The notes beneath the pieces are model-generated. The model was not told where the DNA came from and searched no databases. It saw only the letters and a list, made by a program, of their open reading frames with translations. Both the position numbers and the translations under genes were made by a program. Positions 37,239-49,056 of a stretch of DNA of 64,000 nt are shown piece after piece. This DNA is from Nitrospirota bacterium (lineage in GTDB: Bacteria > Nitrospirota > Nitrospiria > 2-01-FULL-66-17): contig JBMOMC010000002.1 in the NCBI GenBank assembly GCA_049325335.1, forward strand, positions 160,001-224,000, given 5' to 3'. Position 1 is the first letter of the stretch; each line of letters begins with the position of its first letter.

Positions 37239-38885
37239 TTACCGATTGTCCGCGTGTCTGGTGAGCAGCATGACCGGCAGCAGGCCGACCAACACCAGCG
37301 CCAAGGCGGGGAGGGCGGCATGGTCCCATTGGCCTTCCGAGGTGAGTTCGAAGATGCGCACCGACAGGGTGTCCCAGCCAAATGGGCGGGTCATCAAGGT
37401 CGCGGGCATTTCCTTCATCACGTCCACGAAGACCAGGGTGGCGGCGGTCAACACGCCGCCGCGGATGATGGGGATGTGCACGCGGCGGAGGAGACGGCGT
37501 CCGCTCACCCCCAACCCGCGCGCGGCTTCTTCGAGGTTCGGCGTGACGCGGTGCATGGCGCTGTTGATGGGGCCGAAGCCCGCGGCCAGGAAACGGGCCA
37601 GGTACGCGAGCAGCATGGCGAGCGGCGTGCCGAGGATCACCAGCCCGACCTCGCGTTGCAACAATGGGAGGCCGGCGGCCACCTGCCGATCCAGCCATGC
37701 GAGCGGGATGAACGTGCCCACCGCCAAGACCGAGCCCGGCAGGGCGTACCCGAGGGTGGAAACGCGCGTGGCGAGGCGCACCATGCCGTTGCCGTGTCGT
37801 TGCGCGTAGGTCAACACCAACGCGCACGCGCAGGTCAGCACCGCCGCGGCGGCGCCCAAGAACGTGGAGTGCCAGAGAAACCCGACGGCTCGCGCGTCCA
37901 CGTCGCTCCCCAGCCGGGGCAGCCCCCATGCCAGGAGTTGGAGGACCGGGACTCCGAAGGCCAACGCCAGCACCGCGGCGCACGCGCCGAACGCGAGCCG
38001 CGCCGGGACGGTGGTGAGCCGGATGCGTTGGTCCGCGACGTCGTGTTTGCCGGCGGTGGTGTAACGGCCGCCAGCGTGCCAGCGTTGTTCCAGGACGAGC
38101 AGGGCGAACACGATCACGATCAGCACCGAGGCCAATTGCGCCGCGGCGTTCAGCGAAAACATGCCGAACCACGCTTTATAAATCGCGGTGGTGAACGTAT
38201 CGTAGTTGAACACCGATACCGTGCCGAAGTCCGCCAGGGTTTCCATGACCACCAACGCGAGTCCGCCCACGATCCACGGCCGCGCCATGGGCACGGCCAG
38301 GCCAAAAAATCCGGACCAAGGGCCGTGCCCCAGGGCTTGCGCAGCCTCCATCGCGCGTTTGCCTTGGGTGAGAAATGCCTGGCGGGTCAGCAAATACACG
38401 TACGGATAGAGCGCCAGACTCATGACGAGAATCACCCCGCCTTGGGATCGAATCGAGGGGAGGCTTGCCCATTCGGCCGGGAGGGCGTCGCGCATGAGGC
38501 GCTGAATCGGCCCCGTGTAGTCGAGCAGCCCGATCGCCACAAACGCGGTCACGTACGCGGGGATTGCCAGGGGCAACATGAGCGCCCACTCGAATAGACG
38601 GCGGCCCGGAAACTCGCAGACCGCGGTGAGCCACGCCAAGCCGACTCCGAGGACTCCCGTGGTTACGGCGACCCCCGCAACCAGCCAGAAGGTGTTGCGG
38701 AGCAGGTCGCCGAGCACCGTGTTCGCGAGATGACGCCATACCTCGTCCGCGGGAGCGAACACGGATGATAGCACGACGACCAACGGGAACACCACGATTC
38801 CGGCGATCGCGAACGCGCCGAGGCGCCACGCATCCACATCCTGCTTCCGTGGTACTGTCAGGACGTTGCCGGAATAGCTTGTCAT
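37239..38885 (-). CDS. fbpB: Fe3+ ABC transporter permease
   Basis: PLAIPAYV, ETLADFG, EEAARGLG, KEMPAT. Confidence 0.9.
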   Translation of the reverse strand: MTSYSGNVLTVPRKQDVDAWRLGAFAIAGIVVFPLVVVLSSVFAPADEVWRHLANTVLGDLLRNTFWLVAGVAVTTGVLGVGLAWLTAVCEFPGRRLFEWALMLPLAIPAYVTAFVAIGLLDYTGPIQRLMRDALPAEWASLPSIRSQGGVILVMSLALYPYVYLLTRQAFLTQGKRAMEAAQALGHGPWSGFFGLAVPMARPWIVGGLALVVMETLADFGTVSVFNYDTFTTAIYKAWFGMFSLNAAAQLASVLIVIVFALLVLEQRWHAGGRYTTAGKHDVADQRIRLTTVPARLAFGACAAVLALAFGVPVLQLLAWGLPRLGSDVDARAVGFLWHSTFLGAAAAVLTCACALVLTYAQRHGNGMVRLATRVSTLGYALPGSVLAVGTFIPLAWLDRQVAAGLPLLQREVGLVILGTPLAMLLAYLARFLAAGFGPINSAMHRVTPNLEEAARGLGVSGRRLLRRVHIPIIRGGVLTAATLVFVDVMKEMPATLMTRPFGWDTLSVRIFELTSEGQWDHAALPALALVLVGLLPVMLLTRHADNR

Positions 38886-38900
38886 CTCAGGCTGTCGCGT

Positions 38901-38928
38901 GTAAGGGCGTACGGCCGTACGCCCTTAC
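38901..38928. repeat. REP palindrome variant
   Basis: GTAAGGGCGTACGGCCGTACGCCCTTAC. Confidence 0.75.
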
Positions 38929-38969
38929 GAAAAAAAAAGCGTAAGGACCATCGACAGCCTCCGGAGTCA

Positions 38970-39974
38970 TCAGCGGTAGCCCGCGCGGTCCATCAGCATC
39001 ACGGCCGCGCGCTGCAACTCTCCGGCTTTGGCTACGTTGATCGTATCGGATTTGAACGTTCCCCAGGCCGCGACCGCGGGCGATGGGCTGACGGCGGGAT
39101 TCGCGGGGTACTCGAAGTCGATGTCCGTGAAGATTTTCTGGGCTGGAGGCGACGAGAGCCACTCCAGCAATCGAACTGCGGCCTCGGGGTGTTTGCTGTG
39201 GCGCGTAACGCCCCCCCCCGACACGTTGACGTGGACGCCGCGGTCGGTTTGGTTGGGCCAGAAGAGCGCGACCGTCGCGTCGGGGTGTTTCTGTTTGTAG
39301 CGGCCGAAATAATACGTGTTGGCGATGCCCACGTCGCAGAGGCCCGAGGCGATCGCCTCGATCATGGCCGTGTCGTCGGCGAACACGTCGGCGGCGAGGT
39401 TGCCGACCCACGAACGTACCACGGCTTCGGTCTTGGGTTCTCCGAGGGCCGCGATCATCATAGCGACCATGGACTGGTTGTACACCTTTTTCGAGGTGCG
39501 CAGGCACACGCGCTTTTTCCACTTCGGGCTGCCGAGGTCTTCGTAGGTCGAGAGCTCCACGGGTTTCATGCGGGTGGTGTTGTACACGAGGGTCCGCGCG
39601 CGCACCGTGAGCGCGAACCATCGGGATTCGGGGTCGCGTAGGGCCTCCGGGACGTTGGCGCGGAGCGCGGCGGAATCAATCGGGCGCAGCAGCCCTTCCT
39701 GCGCCGCGTACCACAGATTGCCCGCGTCCACCGTGATCAACAGATCCGCGGGCGTGTTCGCGCCCTCGGCCTTGAGTCGTTCGACCAGGGGGCCTTCCTT
39801 ATCGGTGATGAACCGCACCGACACGCCGGTGGTTTTGGTATACGCGTCGAACAGCGGCTTAATGAGTTGCTCGTTGCGCGCGCTGTACACGACGACCTCC
39901 TCGGCCGCGGCCGGAAGGGAGGCAACGAGACTCGCGGTGATGGTGAACACGGACAGAACGCGGAAGAGGGACAT
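38970..39974 (-). CDS. fbpA: Fe3+ ABC substrate-binding protein (FbpA/FutA)
   Basis: VYSAR, TVDAGNL, NTYY, GVHVNVSG, FEYP. Confidence 0.9.
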   Translation of the reverse strand: MSLFRVLSVFTITASLVASLPAAAEEVVVYSARNEQLIKPLFDAYTKTTGVSVRFITDKEGPLVERLKAEGANTPADLLITVDAGNLWYAAQEGLLRPIDSAALRANVPEALRDPESRWFALTVRARTLVYNTTRMKPVELSTYEDLGSPKWKKRVCLRTSKKVYNQSMVAMMIAALGEPKTEAVVRSWVGNLAADVFADDTAMIEAIASGLCDVGIANTYYFGRYKQKHPDATVALFWPNQTDRGVHVNVSGGGVTRHSKHPEAAVRLLEWLSSPPAQKIFTDIDFEYPANPAVSPSPAVAAWGTFKSDTINVAKAGELQRAAVMLMDRAGYR

Positions 39975-40013
39975 GGCGGCCTCGCAGCGGATGAACGCGA
40001 CGAGTGTATAGCA

Positions 40014-40032
40014 ATTGAAAACGATTTGCAAT
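40014..40032. promoter_or_regulatory. Fur-box-like palindrome
   Basis: ATTGAAAAC-G-ATTTGCAAT 9-1-9 imperfect palindrome upstream of fbpA. Confidence 0.6.
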
Positions 40033-40045
40033 ATCTCGATAGGAG

Positions 40046-40088
40046 AAAAACGAGGCGCGCGGGATCGCCACCTCCCGCGCGCCTCGTT
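40046..40088 (-). terminator. Intrinsic terminator
   Basis: AACGAGGCGCGCGGGA...TCCCGCGCGCCTCGTT with A-run on the plus strand. Confidence 0.7.
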
Positions 40089-40111
40089 CGCGATCGTTCT
40101 TGGAGCCGGGA

Positions 40112-41068
40112 CTACGGCACGACCTTGACCACGTCTCCGCTCTGAAAGCCCTTGCCGGACACGATCGTGGTGGTGGACAGGCGCTCGTTTTGGTGTTCGC
40201 TAATTCGGACCACGCCGATCTTGGTTTCCTTGGTTCCCAAGAGCTCTCCGCTGTCCGGGTCGCGGATTTCCGCGCCGCGGCGATACACGTCGAGTTCCGT
40301 GCCTTCGGAGAGGTGGGAACGCGTGCCCGCGCGGATCACGACGCTGTCGGGGTCCGCCAGCACGACCTTGCCGCGAAACGGCTGGCTGCTGAGTTTGGCG
40401 ACCATTTTGTTCATGGCCTTGGCCAGCGCGTCGCGCAGGGCGCCGTCTCGCAGGTTGGGGTCGAACGAGGATTTGGCGCCCAGGCCCAACGCGCCCGTGG
40501 TTTTTTTGCGGTACTCGCCCGCGCCGGATTCGGCCACCAAGGACTTGCCCGTGACCACGTCCACCAGCGCGTAGTCCACGGTCACGCGCGCCACCCGCGA
40601 CTTGCTCTGGTAGACCACCGCGTCCACGCCCTCCTCGACTTCGGAGTAGGCGGTAATGGCGCCGGAGAGCCGGTAGTCCACGGCGTCGAATCCCTCGTCG
40701 GCCCGTTTCTTTCCGGCCTTGACGACCCCGGATTGCTGCAAATCCACCATCTGTTTTTGCTGTTTGAGTTCTCCCTCGTCCAGCAACAGGGCGTTGAGTC
40801 CTGCGGCTTCGACCTGGGTTCGCAGGATCGTGGTGGCGGCTTCGCCGATGCCCAGGACCTTGGACGGCGTCTTGTTGTCGAACGTGATGATGCCGACCGT
40901 GTATTCCGGGCCCGTGTACCGCGCGCCGGCGTCGGCCAGTCGCTGGGTCTCTCCGGTCAGCGTGGTGTCGTCCTTGACCACCCCGGTGGAACTGATGCTG
41001 CAGGCCGCGAGGGCCGCGCTGATAAGCCCGATGCCGATCAACCGTCCTGCGTGTCGTGAGGTGTCCAT
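40112..41068 (-). CDS. CsgG/HfaB-like lipoprotein with FlgT-like C-terminal domain
   Basis: LAAC lipobox; SGAITAY, LVDVVTG; DPDSGELLG. Confidence 0.7.
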   Translation of the reverse strand: MDTSRHAGRLIGIGLISAALAACSISSTGVVKDDTTLTGETQRLADAGARYTGPEYTVGIITFDNKTPSKVLGIGEAATTILRTQVEAAGLNALLLDEGELKQQKQMVDLQQSGVVKAGKKRADEGFDAVDYRLSGAITAYSEVEEGVDAVVYQSKSRVARVTVDYALVDVVTGKSLVAESGAGEYRKKTTGALGLGAKSSFDPNLRDGALRDALAKAMNKMVAKLSSQPFRGKVVLADPDSVVIRAGTRSHLSEGTELDVYRRGAEIRDPDSGELLGTKETKIGVVRISEHQNERLSTTTIVSGKGFQSGDVVKVVP

Positions 41069-41110
41069 CCGTGTCTCCTTTCGATCAGTATGCCTTCATG
41101 TCCGCCGTGG

Positions 41111-41758
41111 TCAGTCAACGGCGCGTCTGACCGGAATCGCCCCGGCTCCGGACGGCAGACGCGGCGTCATGCGCCGATAGAACTGGGTGACGACGGACCC
41201 CAGTGGTTTGCCTGATCCGCGCTCAATCACGCTCGCGATCAACCCCACGGCCAATGTCGCGGAGTTGGACTCGCGTCGGCCCAGGGCCGTGTCTTCCTTC
41301 ACGTGATCGTGATACTCCCAAATTTTCCGGCCGGAGCCGGATTCGTACATGGCAAACCCCGCCTCCACCTCGCTGTAGAGCGCCAACACGGTGCCGAATT
41401 TTTGCACCGTGCCGGTCAGCACCGCGTCCACGCCGAGCATGGCGCCGACCTTGGGGATCATCTCTTCGGTGACCTGCCCGCCCAGCGACACGCCGAATTG
41501 GTCGGACAACGCGCGATCTACCTCCTCCAGCGGCCGCGGTTCGTACCCCGCTTCTTTCAGGTGGTCGTGCATGGTCTCGCGCAAGTAGAGCGCGCCAGGC
41601 ACCGAGTTGGTTTGGTTGTCGAACGGGAGCACCGCGATCGTGCGCGGCGGCGTGATCCCTTCTCCGAACGGCACGTACGGACGGTGCCCGGCGCAGGCCG
41701 CCAGCGTGAGTGCGACGGCCGCGACCATGATCGCCTGGTGTCGTGGTGTGACGTACAT
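41111..41758 (-). CDS. DUF799/GNA1162-like lipoprotein
   Basis: LAAC lipobox; IAVLPFDN; LGVDAVLTGTV. Confidence 0.65.
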   Translation of the reverse strand: MYVTPRHQAIMVAAVALTLAACAGHRPYVPFGEGITPPRTIAVLPFDNQTNSVPGALYLRETMHDHLKEAGYEPRPLEEVDRALSDQFGVSLGGQVTEEMIPKVGAMLGVDAVLTGTVQKFGTVLALYSEVEAGFAMYESGSGRKIWEYHDHVKEDTALGRRESNSATLAVGLIASVIERGSGKPLGSVVTQFYRRMTPRLPSGAGAIPVRRAVD

Positions 41759-41940
41759 GTGGACCCCCATTGACGGGGCAAGCATAGGGGCACTCCCCCG
41801 GATTTGTAAAGGCCGATGGGCGTGGGTGGCGTGGGTCGGGGTATGGAGCATCCCGATACTCGGTCCGCTGACGGTGACGAGTATCATGACTCGTGTTGAC
41901 TTCGGGCAGCGCGCGGCCGTAGAATCCAACCCTCATATGC

Positions 41941-42024
41941 GCTGGGGGAGCCCTTTGGGGCTGAGAGTCCGCCGAGTCGGACAACCCTTTGAACCTGATC
42001 TGGATTATGCCAGCGAAGGGAAGC
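41941..42024 (+). ncRNA. TPP riboswitch
   Basis: GGGG..GCTGAGA...ACCC TTTGAACCTGATCTGGATTATGCCAGCGAAGGGA, upstream of thiC. Confidence 0.95.
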
Positions 42025-42040
42025 GGGATCTGTGATACAC

Positions 42041-42075
42041 AACCGCACCCAGGCCGGCGCGGTTGTTTTGTTTTG
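42041..42075 (+). terminator. Riboswitch expression-platform terminator
   Basis: AACCGC...GCGGTT hairpin followed by GTTTTGTTTTG. Confidence 0.55.
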
Positions 42076-42093
42076 TGCCCACGCGACGGATGA

Positions 42094-44046
<1,953 letters not shown>

Positions 44047-44054
44047 CGCCGCGG

Positions 44055-44115
44055 TGGTTCGACAGGCTCACCACGAACGGAGCGACGCTCCGTCTGCCCT
44101 GAGCGCGTCGAAGGG
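44055..44115. repeat. TTCGAC-AGGCTCA type intergenic repeat pair
   Basis: TGGTTCGACAGGCTCACCACGAACG and inverted CCCTGAGCGCGTCGAAGGG. Confidence 0.5.
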
Positions 44116-44138
44116 CCGCCGCACACGAGGTCACTGAC

Positions 44139-44957
44139 ATGAATCAAACACGCGCGATAGCATCCACCCGCGAACGCGACATCACCCGGGCGATTGCCCG
44201 CGAATATTTTCGTCAGTTCGACGACATGATCGAATCCGACGCAATCATCGTCGGCTCCGGCCCGTCGGGTCTGGTGTGCGGACGCGATCTGGCGCTGGCG
44301 GGTTTTAAGGTCGTCATCGTCGAGCAGATGAATCATTTGGGCGGCGGGTTCTGGAACGGCGGGTATCTCATGACCAAAGCCACCATCGCGGCGCCGGCGC
44401 ACGCGATTCTCGAAGAAGTCGGCGCGCCGTGCCAGGAGGTGGGGCCCGACATGTACATCGTGGACCCGCCACACGCCACCGCGAAGTTGATCGGCGCGGC
44501 GTACGACGCGGGCGTGAAAGTGATGAACTTCACCAAGGTCGTGGACCTGGTTTACCGTGCCGATCGCCTCGAAGGCGTGGTCGTGAACTGGACCCCGCTG
44601 GAAATGGTGGGCCACGACGTGGCGCACGTGGATCCCATCGCGCTGGAATCGCGGGTGGTGGTGGACGCCACGGGCCACGACGCGGTGGCGGTGGAGATGC
44701 TCGCCAAACGAGGCCTTCATCAGCCCGTGCCCGGCAACGGCGCGATGTGGGTGGATCAGTCCGAAGAAATCGTGATCAACAAAACCGGGGAGGTGTACCC
44801 GAATCTGTTCCTGGTCGGCTTGTCGGTCGCGGCCGTGTACGGTACGCCCCGCATGGGCCCGGCGTTCGGCGCGATGTTGTTATCCGGCCGCAAGGGGGCG
44901 GGGCAAATTGCGGCGAAATTGGCTGCGCAGTCGGGCGTTCAATCCCACCGCGGGTAA
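44139..44957 (+). CDS. thi4: THI4-type thiazole synthase (non-Cys, sulfide-dependent)
   Basis: VGSGPSGL, GGGFWNGG, HVDP, DATGHDA, RMGPAFGAMLLSG. Confidence 0.92.
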   Translation: MNQTRAIASTRERDITRAIAREYFRQFDDMIESDAIIVGSGPSGLVCGRDLALAGFKVVIVEQMNHLGGGFWNGGYLMTKATIAAPAHAILEEVGAPCQEVGPDMYIVDPPHATAKLIGAAYDAGVKVMNFTKVVDLVYRADRLEGVVVNWTPLEMVGHDVAHVDPIALESRVVVDATGHDAVAVEMLAKRGLHQPVPGNGAMWVDQSEEIVINKTGEVYPNLFLVGLSVAAVYGTPRMGPAFGAMLLSGRKGAGQIAAKLAAQSGVQSHRG

Positions 44958-44966
44958 GTCCGAACC

Positions 44967-45082
44967 GGGGCGTACGGCCGTACGCCCCTACGAAAATCGA
45001 AGACGGACGTTTTGAGCAGCCAGCAGGGATTGTGGAGTTCTGAGGTTTTATGAACCTGTAGGGGCGTATCGCATATGCCCCT
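44967..45082. repeat. REP pair plus MITE end fragment
   Basis: REPs at 44967 and 45058; GGACGTTTTGAGCAGCC at 45005. Confidence 0.65.
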
Positions 45083-45086
45083 CGGT

Positions 45087-45824
45087 CTAGTTGGCCAAAC
45101 CGAAACCGAACGACGACGTCGCCCAATCACCGATCGCGGCAAACGAGTTGGTCATCAGCAGCAGCCCGATGACGATCAGCAACACCGCGGTGACTCGGGT
45201 GACCACCGGCATATACGGCGCGAGGCGGCGGTATGAGGTTAAAAATCGCTCCACCGCGATCGCGGAGAGAAACAGCGGAACGCCCAGTCCCAACGAGTAG
45301 GCGAGCAACAATGTGGCGCCGGCTTCGGTGGATTCGGTCGAGGCGGCCATGGTCAAAATGCCCGCGAGCACCGGTCCCACACAGGGGGTCCACCCCGCGG
45401 CAAAGATCATCCCGACCAGAAACGTGCCCAACATGCCCGCGGGCCGCGCGGAAAGGTGAACCCGCCGCTCGCGCGCGAGCCAGTGTAATGGAAGCCACCC
45501 GCCCACGTAGAGCCCGAACAACACCACCAACCCGCCGCCGATCATCCGGATAATGTGTTGGTAGTCGAGCAACCACTGGCCGAACGCGCTGGCGGACAAT
45601 CCCAAGAGCGCGAACATGGTGGAGAAGCCGGCGATAAAGAGGAGCGAGTTCACAATGGTCTTGGTGCGCACGCGCGCGGTGTGGCCCTGGGTGGTGAGCT
45701 CCTCGAACGAGAGTCCGGTGATATATCCCACGTAGGAGGGCACCAATGGCAATACGCAGGGCGACGCGAACGACAACAGCCCCCCGGAAAACGCCATGGC
45801 CAATGAAACCGATTGTCCGTCCAT
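45087..45824 (-). CDS. ccdA: Cytochrome c biogenesis protein CcdA
   Basis: SFASPCVLPLVP and GWTPCVGP. Confidence 0.93.
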   Translation of the reverse strand: MDGQSVSLAMAFSGGLLSFASPCVLPLVPSYVGYITGLSFEELTTQGHTARVRTKTIVNSLLFIAGFSTMFALLGLSASAFGQWLLDYQHIIRMIGGGLVVLFGLYVGGWLPLHWLARERRVHLSARPAGMLGTFLVGMIFAAGWTPCVGPVLAGILTMAASTESTEAGATLLLAYSLGLGVPLFLSAIAVERFLTSYRRLAPYMPVVTRVTAVLLIVIGLLLMTNSFAAIGDWATSSFGFGLAN

Positions 45825-45836
45825 TAGGAGCCTTTC

Positions 45837-46622
45837 TTAGAGCATGCCAAAGGCGTGGGCGCCCGAGAACACATAGTTCACGCCGATAAACGTGAACAAG
45901 GTCAGCGGCACGCCCACCACCATCCACACCGCGAACCGGCGCACATCCACCGAGCCGACGTGAAACGCCGCGGCGTAGTACAACCACGTGATCAACGCCC
46001 AGGTCTCTTTGGGATCCCAGGCCCAAAAACTGCCCCACACCGTGTACGCCCAGATCGCGCCCAAGACGATGCCGGCTGAAAACAACGGAAACCCCACGCG
46101 CAACAGTCGGCCGATCGACAATGCGTAGTCGTCGCTGTTGCCGCCGCGTCGCCGCGCGCACAATGCGCACGCGCCGGTGAGCCCGGCCACCAGAAACGCG
46201 GCGTAGCCCAATACAGTCACGGGCACGTGGATCTGAATCCAAATGCTGTTGAGCGAGGGTAACAACGGTTTGAGGTCCGCGCCGCCCGTGGCCTGCGCGT
46301 ATGCCAGCAGCCCGGCCAGCGGGGTCAGCACCACCAATGCGGTGGTGGCCACCACCCCCGGCAAGCGCCGTCCCACCCACAACATGAGCCCCACGCAAAA
46401 CACGGTCATCAACGCCACGGCTTCGAACAAGTTCGCGGACGGGAAGTGGCCGTACCCTTGGAGCCAACTCTCCCACGCGCGCATGGACAGGCCGCCCACT
46501 CCGAACAAGAACGTAAAACCCGCGATCGGAACCTGGATCGTTCGCAGCCGCGGGATGAAGGCCGACGCGGCCAGCGCCACGCAGCCGAACAACATCACGT
46601 TCAATAACCAGAGGTGGGTCAT
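45837..46622 (-). CDS. ccsA: System II cytochrome c assembly protein CcsA/ResC
   Basis: WIQIHV, GAIWA..WGSFWAWDPKETW (WWD domain). Confidence 0.92.
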   Translation of the reverse strand: MTHLWLLNVMLFGCVALAASAFIPRLRTIQVPIAGFTFLFGVGGLSMRAWESWLQGYGHFPSANLFEAVALMTVFCVGLMLWVGRRLPGVVATTALVVLTPLAGLLAYAQATGGADLKPLLPSLNSIWIQIHVPVTVLGYAAFLVAGLTGACALCARRRGGNSDDYALSIGRLLRVGFPLFSAGIVLGAIWAYTVWGSFWAWDPKETWALITWLYYAAAFHVGSVDVRRFAVWMVVGVPLTLFTFIGVNYVFSGAHAFGML

Positions 46623-46644
46623 CGCGTCATCCTCCCTCCTGGGC

Positions 46645-46763
46645 AGGCTGCTGAAAACGTCCATCTGCGGCGTTCTCGGTCGTCGGAAATCCTCACGTAC
46701 GAGTTAGTACGCTCCGGTTTCCTCCTCCCTGCGGCCTTGCATCTGGGACGTTTTGAGCAGCCT
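46645..46763. mobile_element. MITE-like repeat, shortest form
   Basis: AGGCTGCTGAAAACGTCC...GGACGTTTTGAGCAGCCT. Confidence 0.8.
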
Positions 46764-46793
46764 ATTAGCATCACCGTATCTGTCAGCGTCCTG

Positions 46794-48026
46794 TTAAAGT
46801 AGACCAACGGCAGCCCCTTCCCGTTCCCTGACCACCACAGGGGCTGAAGCCGCGGGCCGGGTAGTCTGCTCTCTATTGCCAGTCAGATCGAGTGCTTTAA
46901 TCGGCGGGCGCGCCCGCATCGGCGCGCCGGTGGTTGGCGGTTTCCAGAACGCCAGCATCCACGCCACGCCCAGCACCACCAGCGTGCCGGACGCGAGCAA
47001 GACCATCAACCCGGGATAATACCGAATCTGAAGCCCGATGGCCTTACGCGGGTCGATCGAGCTCACCGTCAAATATTCGGAAAACGGCAGGGCCAGGGCC
47101 GCGTCGCGATCCGCCAACACGTGCACGGATTCAAACTCGCGTCCGCCCACGGGCCGGTAATCCACCACGTGTGACGCGGACTCATAACTCATCACCTCAT
47201 ACACACGGCCGTCGCGTCCCGTCACCTGGTACACAATGGCCCGGCCCACGTCGCGATCCCCGTCCGGCGTGCGGCGCGTGGCGTGCTCCTCGATGGTCAG
47301 CAACGAGATGGCGCCGGAAGTCGGCGCCTCGATGGTGCCACCCACCTCACCGGTATACGTCACCGACTGCATGGGGTCGGCAATCGAGCGGATACGGCCT
47401 TCCACGCGCGTCCCCACGAACCCAAACCGAAACAAGGAGAAACGATACCCGCGATAATCCAGCGGCGCCCCGACCCCTACGGCGGATGATCTGACCACCA
47501 TGTCACCTTCGGTCAGTTCCACACCGCCCACGAACTGTTTGACCTCGCCGGTTTCATAGTGCTCGGTGTTGAACGCGGTGGCCCGGACCGTGAACGGTAA
47601 GGTCAAGCGCCGCCCGTCATCGAGCCGCGCTTCGCGGCTCTCCGCGCCGATGGGCAATTCCATCACCGCTTCGACCGATCCGGACTTGGCGTAGCCGAAC
47701 GCGGCGATCAACACGACCAACCCGCCGTGCAGCACAAAAAATGCGCCGTGCGGCGTCTTCACCAGCAACCGCGCCAATTCACGCCGCGGGCGCTCGCCGG
47801 CGTGAGCCGCTTGTGCCACCATCACGGCCCGTTGAATCAGACTCATGGCCAACACAACGAGCAGGAGTGCAAACAATCCCCGTTCAACCATCACCACGCC
47901 GGTGAACACCCAGCGCGGCCAATCGGCCGGAAGGATCACTTCCACGCCAATGGCCGCCCCGAGCAGGGCCAGGAGCATCAGCCCCTGGCGCATGGTGGCT
48001 CGGTAGGTGAGCGGCGCAATACGCAT
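46794..48026 (-). CDS. resB: ResB/CcsB-like cytochrome c biogenesis protein
   Basis: VLHGGLVVLI conserved His, LPFTVR, PLDYRGYRF, GLQIRYYPG plus TM; adjacent to ccsA. Confidence 0.75.
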   Translation of the reverse strand: MRIAPLTYRATMRQGLMLLALLGAAIGVEVILPADWPRWVFTGVVMVERGLFALLLVVLAMSLIQRAVMVAQAAHAGERPRRELARLLVKTPHGAFFVLHGGLVVLIAAFGYAKSGSVEAVMELPIGAESREARLDDGRRLTLPFTVRATAFNTEHYETGEVKQFVGGVELTEGDMVVRSSAVGVGAPLDYRGYRFSLFRFGFVGTRVEGRIRSIADPMQSVTYTGEVGGTIEAPTSGAISLLTIEEHATRRTPDGDRDVGRAIVYQVTGRDGRVYEVMSYESASHVVDYRPVGGREFESVHVLADRDAALALPFSEYLTVSSIDPRKAIGLQIRYYPGLMVLLASGTLVVLGVAWMLAFWKPPTTGAPMRARPPIKALDLTGNREQTTRPAASAPVVVREREGAAVGLL

Positions 48027-48028
48027 TG

Positions 48029-49045
48029 TTAGTGACCTTCCGGTCCCGCAGCGCCTTCTTGAATCCAACGCAAGAGTGTCTGATAGTCCCGGTCGTTCCG
48101 GCTCGTGGCGATCTTTCCGCCACCGTGGGATGTTTCAGGACCGAGCATTTTAGCCAGTAAGAGGCTATCCTCCGGATGATCGAGGTTGATCAACGGACGT
48201 CCGCTGATTCCGTGCCGAGGGAGCCCGGTTGCTTTGTCGATCACGGAGTCGTATTCAACGAGATCGAACTCGGCGGTGTAATCGTATTTTGTACCGGCGG
48301 CCTTGAGATCATCCGCGAGGAGCCGCTCCGCATTCGTCGGCGCGTGGCACGGGAGACACTTGGCACCGAAGATCGGTAAGACATCCCGATTAAACGAGAC
48401 TTTGCTGTTGGTATCCGACGGCAATGGCGCTTTGGGAGCCGCGGACCACGACCCTGCCCACATCGCGCCACGCCACACGAACGGCGTATGGTGCTGGTTA
48501 CACGAGCCGCTGGTCATCGTCACCATTGGCAACACCGTTCCATCCACCCCTAGGATCCAGGTTTTGTATGTGCGGGCCTTGGGGGTAGCGGTGCTGTTGG
48601 GATCCTCTGCGATAGGGGTTTGTGTCATGAAGTTGCCCGCGGCATTGGTGGTCATCGAAATTACATGACCCGCACCGTCGAGTAAGACGACTTCGGCGCC
48701 TGCGAGTGGTTCAGACCCGAGAAGGTCTTTGTAGACCGTTCCCGCCATCGTGAATGGGACCACGGCTGCCTTGGCGTTCGCCGTGTGGCACCTCAGACAG
48801 TCTTTCCCTTGGTAATGAAATTCGTTTGAGCCCTGCGTGTTATTTCCCTTCGCTTTATAGTTGTCGAACCCTACTCCGTTCGGCCGGTCGGGGACCGCCG
48901 CCACCGCCATATCCGAGGGTGTAAAGAGGGTCTGTAAGGCGACGGGCTCTTCCTCCCGTTGTTGAACGTCTCCTTCGGAGCTCGAAGCACATGCCGTGCA
49001 CAGCCAGATCAGGGCGAGGGCTGCAAGATAGTTGTTGCGTCGCAT
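48029..49045 (-). CDS. Multi-heme c-type cytochrome lipoprotein
   Basis: CLRCH, CLPCH and atypical CNQHH; SFNRDVLPIF...SLLLAK...HGGG C-terminal cytochrome domain. Confidence 0.8.
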   Translation of the reverse strand: MRRNNYLAALALIWLCTACASSSEGDVQQREEEPVALQTLFTPSDMAVAAVPDRPNGVGFDNYKAKGNNTQGSNEFHYQGKDCLRCHTANAKAAVVPFTMAGTVYKDLLGSEPLAGAEVVLLDGAGHVISMTTNAAGNFMTQTPIAEDPNSTATPKARTYKTWILGVDGTVLPMVTMTSGSCNQHHTPFVWRGAMWAGSWSAAPKAPLPSDTNSKVSFNRDVLPIFGAKCLPCHAPTNAERLLADDLKAAGTKYDYTAEFDLVEYDSVIDKATGLPRHGISGRPLINLDHPEDSLLLAKMLGPETSHGGGKIATSRNDRDYQTLLRWIQEGAAGPEGH

Positions 49046-49056
49046 GAACGTCCTCC

